The notes beneath the pieces are model-generated. The model did not search any database and had not been told where the DNA came from. It saw nothing but the letters and a program-made list of their open reading frames with translations. A stretch of 63,850 nucleotides of DNA, filler included. It is 4 parts of 4 records of this genome, joined end to end, with 100 filler letters (N's around TTAATTAATTAA, not from the genome) between each part and the next. Parts side by side here need not be neighbours in the genome. Positions count along the whole stretch, not along the records: positions 49,956 to 63,850 come from SRR2962707_899; 3 more parts are not named here. One strand, 5' to 3'. Every line of letters starts with the position of its first letter. The first letter of the stretch is position 1. The position numbers and the translations under genes are program-made. Positions 63,253 through 63,850 of this stretch are shown piece by piece.

Positions 63253-63850
63253 TTAAACATCTAAATCAAACTCCATTCGTAAGCGGTCTATAAGCGGATT
63301 TTTCTCTCTAAGTTTTTCGTATTTTTCTTGTGGAGTAAAAGCATATTGTTTTGCTACTTCTTCATTAATGGTAATATAAAGCTCAATATGGTAATTGTTA
63401 AGATGCTCTTTTAGGTATTCCATTAACGGATATTGATCTCTTTCTACCTCTTTTTTTAACGTGTCATTAGCGAGTTCAATCCAAATTGTATTTTTTCCTT
63501 TTAATCTAGGCGTATCAGAACCTAATGCCGAACCTAATATTTTTTTTCCTTCGTTGTCAATTTTTTTCACATAATCATCCCAATGTTTTTGCATTGTTGG
63601 CTCATCAAAAGGATCTTCTGGAAGGTTTGCTTCGTCTACAACATGATTCTTTTTGGCTAGTTCATGTGCTTTCTTTTTCTTAATACTTGAAAGTGAAAGT
63701 CCAGAAACGCTACTTTTATTTTTTAAATTGATGTTTACCTTTGGGGCTTCTGGTTTTTTTTCTTCAGCATCTTTTACCGCTTTTTTTTCTACTGAAGTTT
63801 CTGCTGGTTTATTTTCAGTTGTAGATACCTTCTGCGGAACTTTATTAGTT
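63253..63850 (-). CDS. C-terminal (tau) portion of DNA polymerase III gamma/tau, 5' end outside window
   Basis: Frame is open to the window end; VSGLSLSSIKKKK...LPEDPF...W and AFTPQEKYEKL..KNP.I..LR.EFDL resemble flavobacterial DnaX C-termini. Confidence 0.75.
   Translation of the reverse strand, partial: TNKVPQKVSTTENKPAETSVEKKAVKDAEEKKPEAPKVNINLKNKSSVSGLSLSSIKKKKAHELAKKNHVVDEANLPEDPFDEPTMQKHWDDYVKKIDNEGKKILGSALGSDTPRLKGKNTIWIELANDTLKKEVERDQYPLMEYLKEHLNNYHIELYITINEEVAKQYAFTPQEKYEKLREKNPLIDRLRMEFDLDV

Overview
The window is four unrelated contigs joined by artificial 100-nt linkers (44 N + TTAATTAATTAA + 44 N) at 29104-29203, 38870-38969 and 49856-49955. Contig 1 (1-29103) is a Bacteroidota (Cytophagales-like) chromosome fragment. 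It opens with a very AT-rich, translationally coupled four-gene cassette (341-4590): a small membrane protein, a candidate ADP-ribosyltransferase/NADase-fold protein, an all-helical protein, and a PIN-like nuclease fused to a long helical region. This cassette is the best candidate here for an undescribed conflict or anti-phage system. The rest of contig 1 is ordinary: PfkB kinase, OtsAB fusion, GH15, YceI, CvfB, ScoAB, PadR/permease/serine hydrolase, TonB-C, AddA- and AddB-like genes around an S41 peptidase, and an uncalled 33-aa membrane ORF. Contigs 2 and 3 (29204-38869, 38970-49855) are from an intron-rich eukaryote with ~80-170 nt GT-AG introns. They carry a DUF3754/TMEM143 gene, a large unknown gene, a 16-intron SAP-ankyrin-CxxCxxC-IQ gene and an MFS transporter; about half of the reconstructed introns are followed by RTAY. 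Contig 4 (49956-63850) is Flavobacteriaceae-like housekeeping DNA (recQ, murA, pyrR, pyrB, rnz, pdxH, sixA, ppk1, ppx, miaE, dnaX C-terminus). All family calls come from motif recognition by eye; no searches were run.
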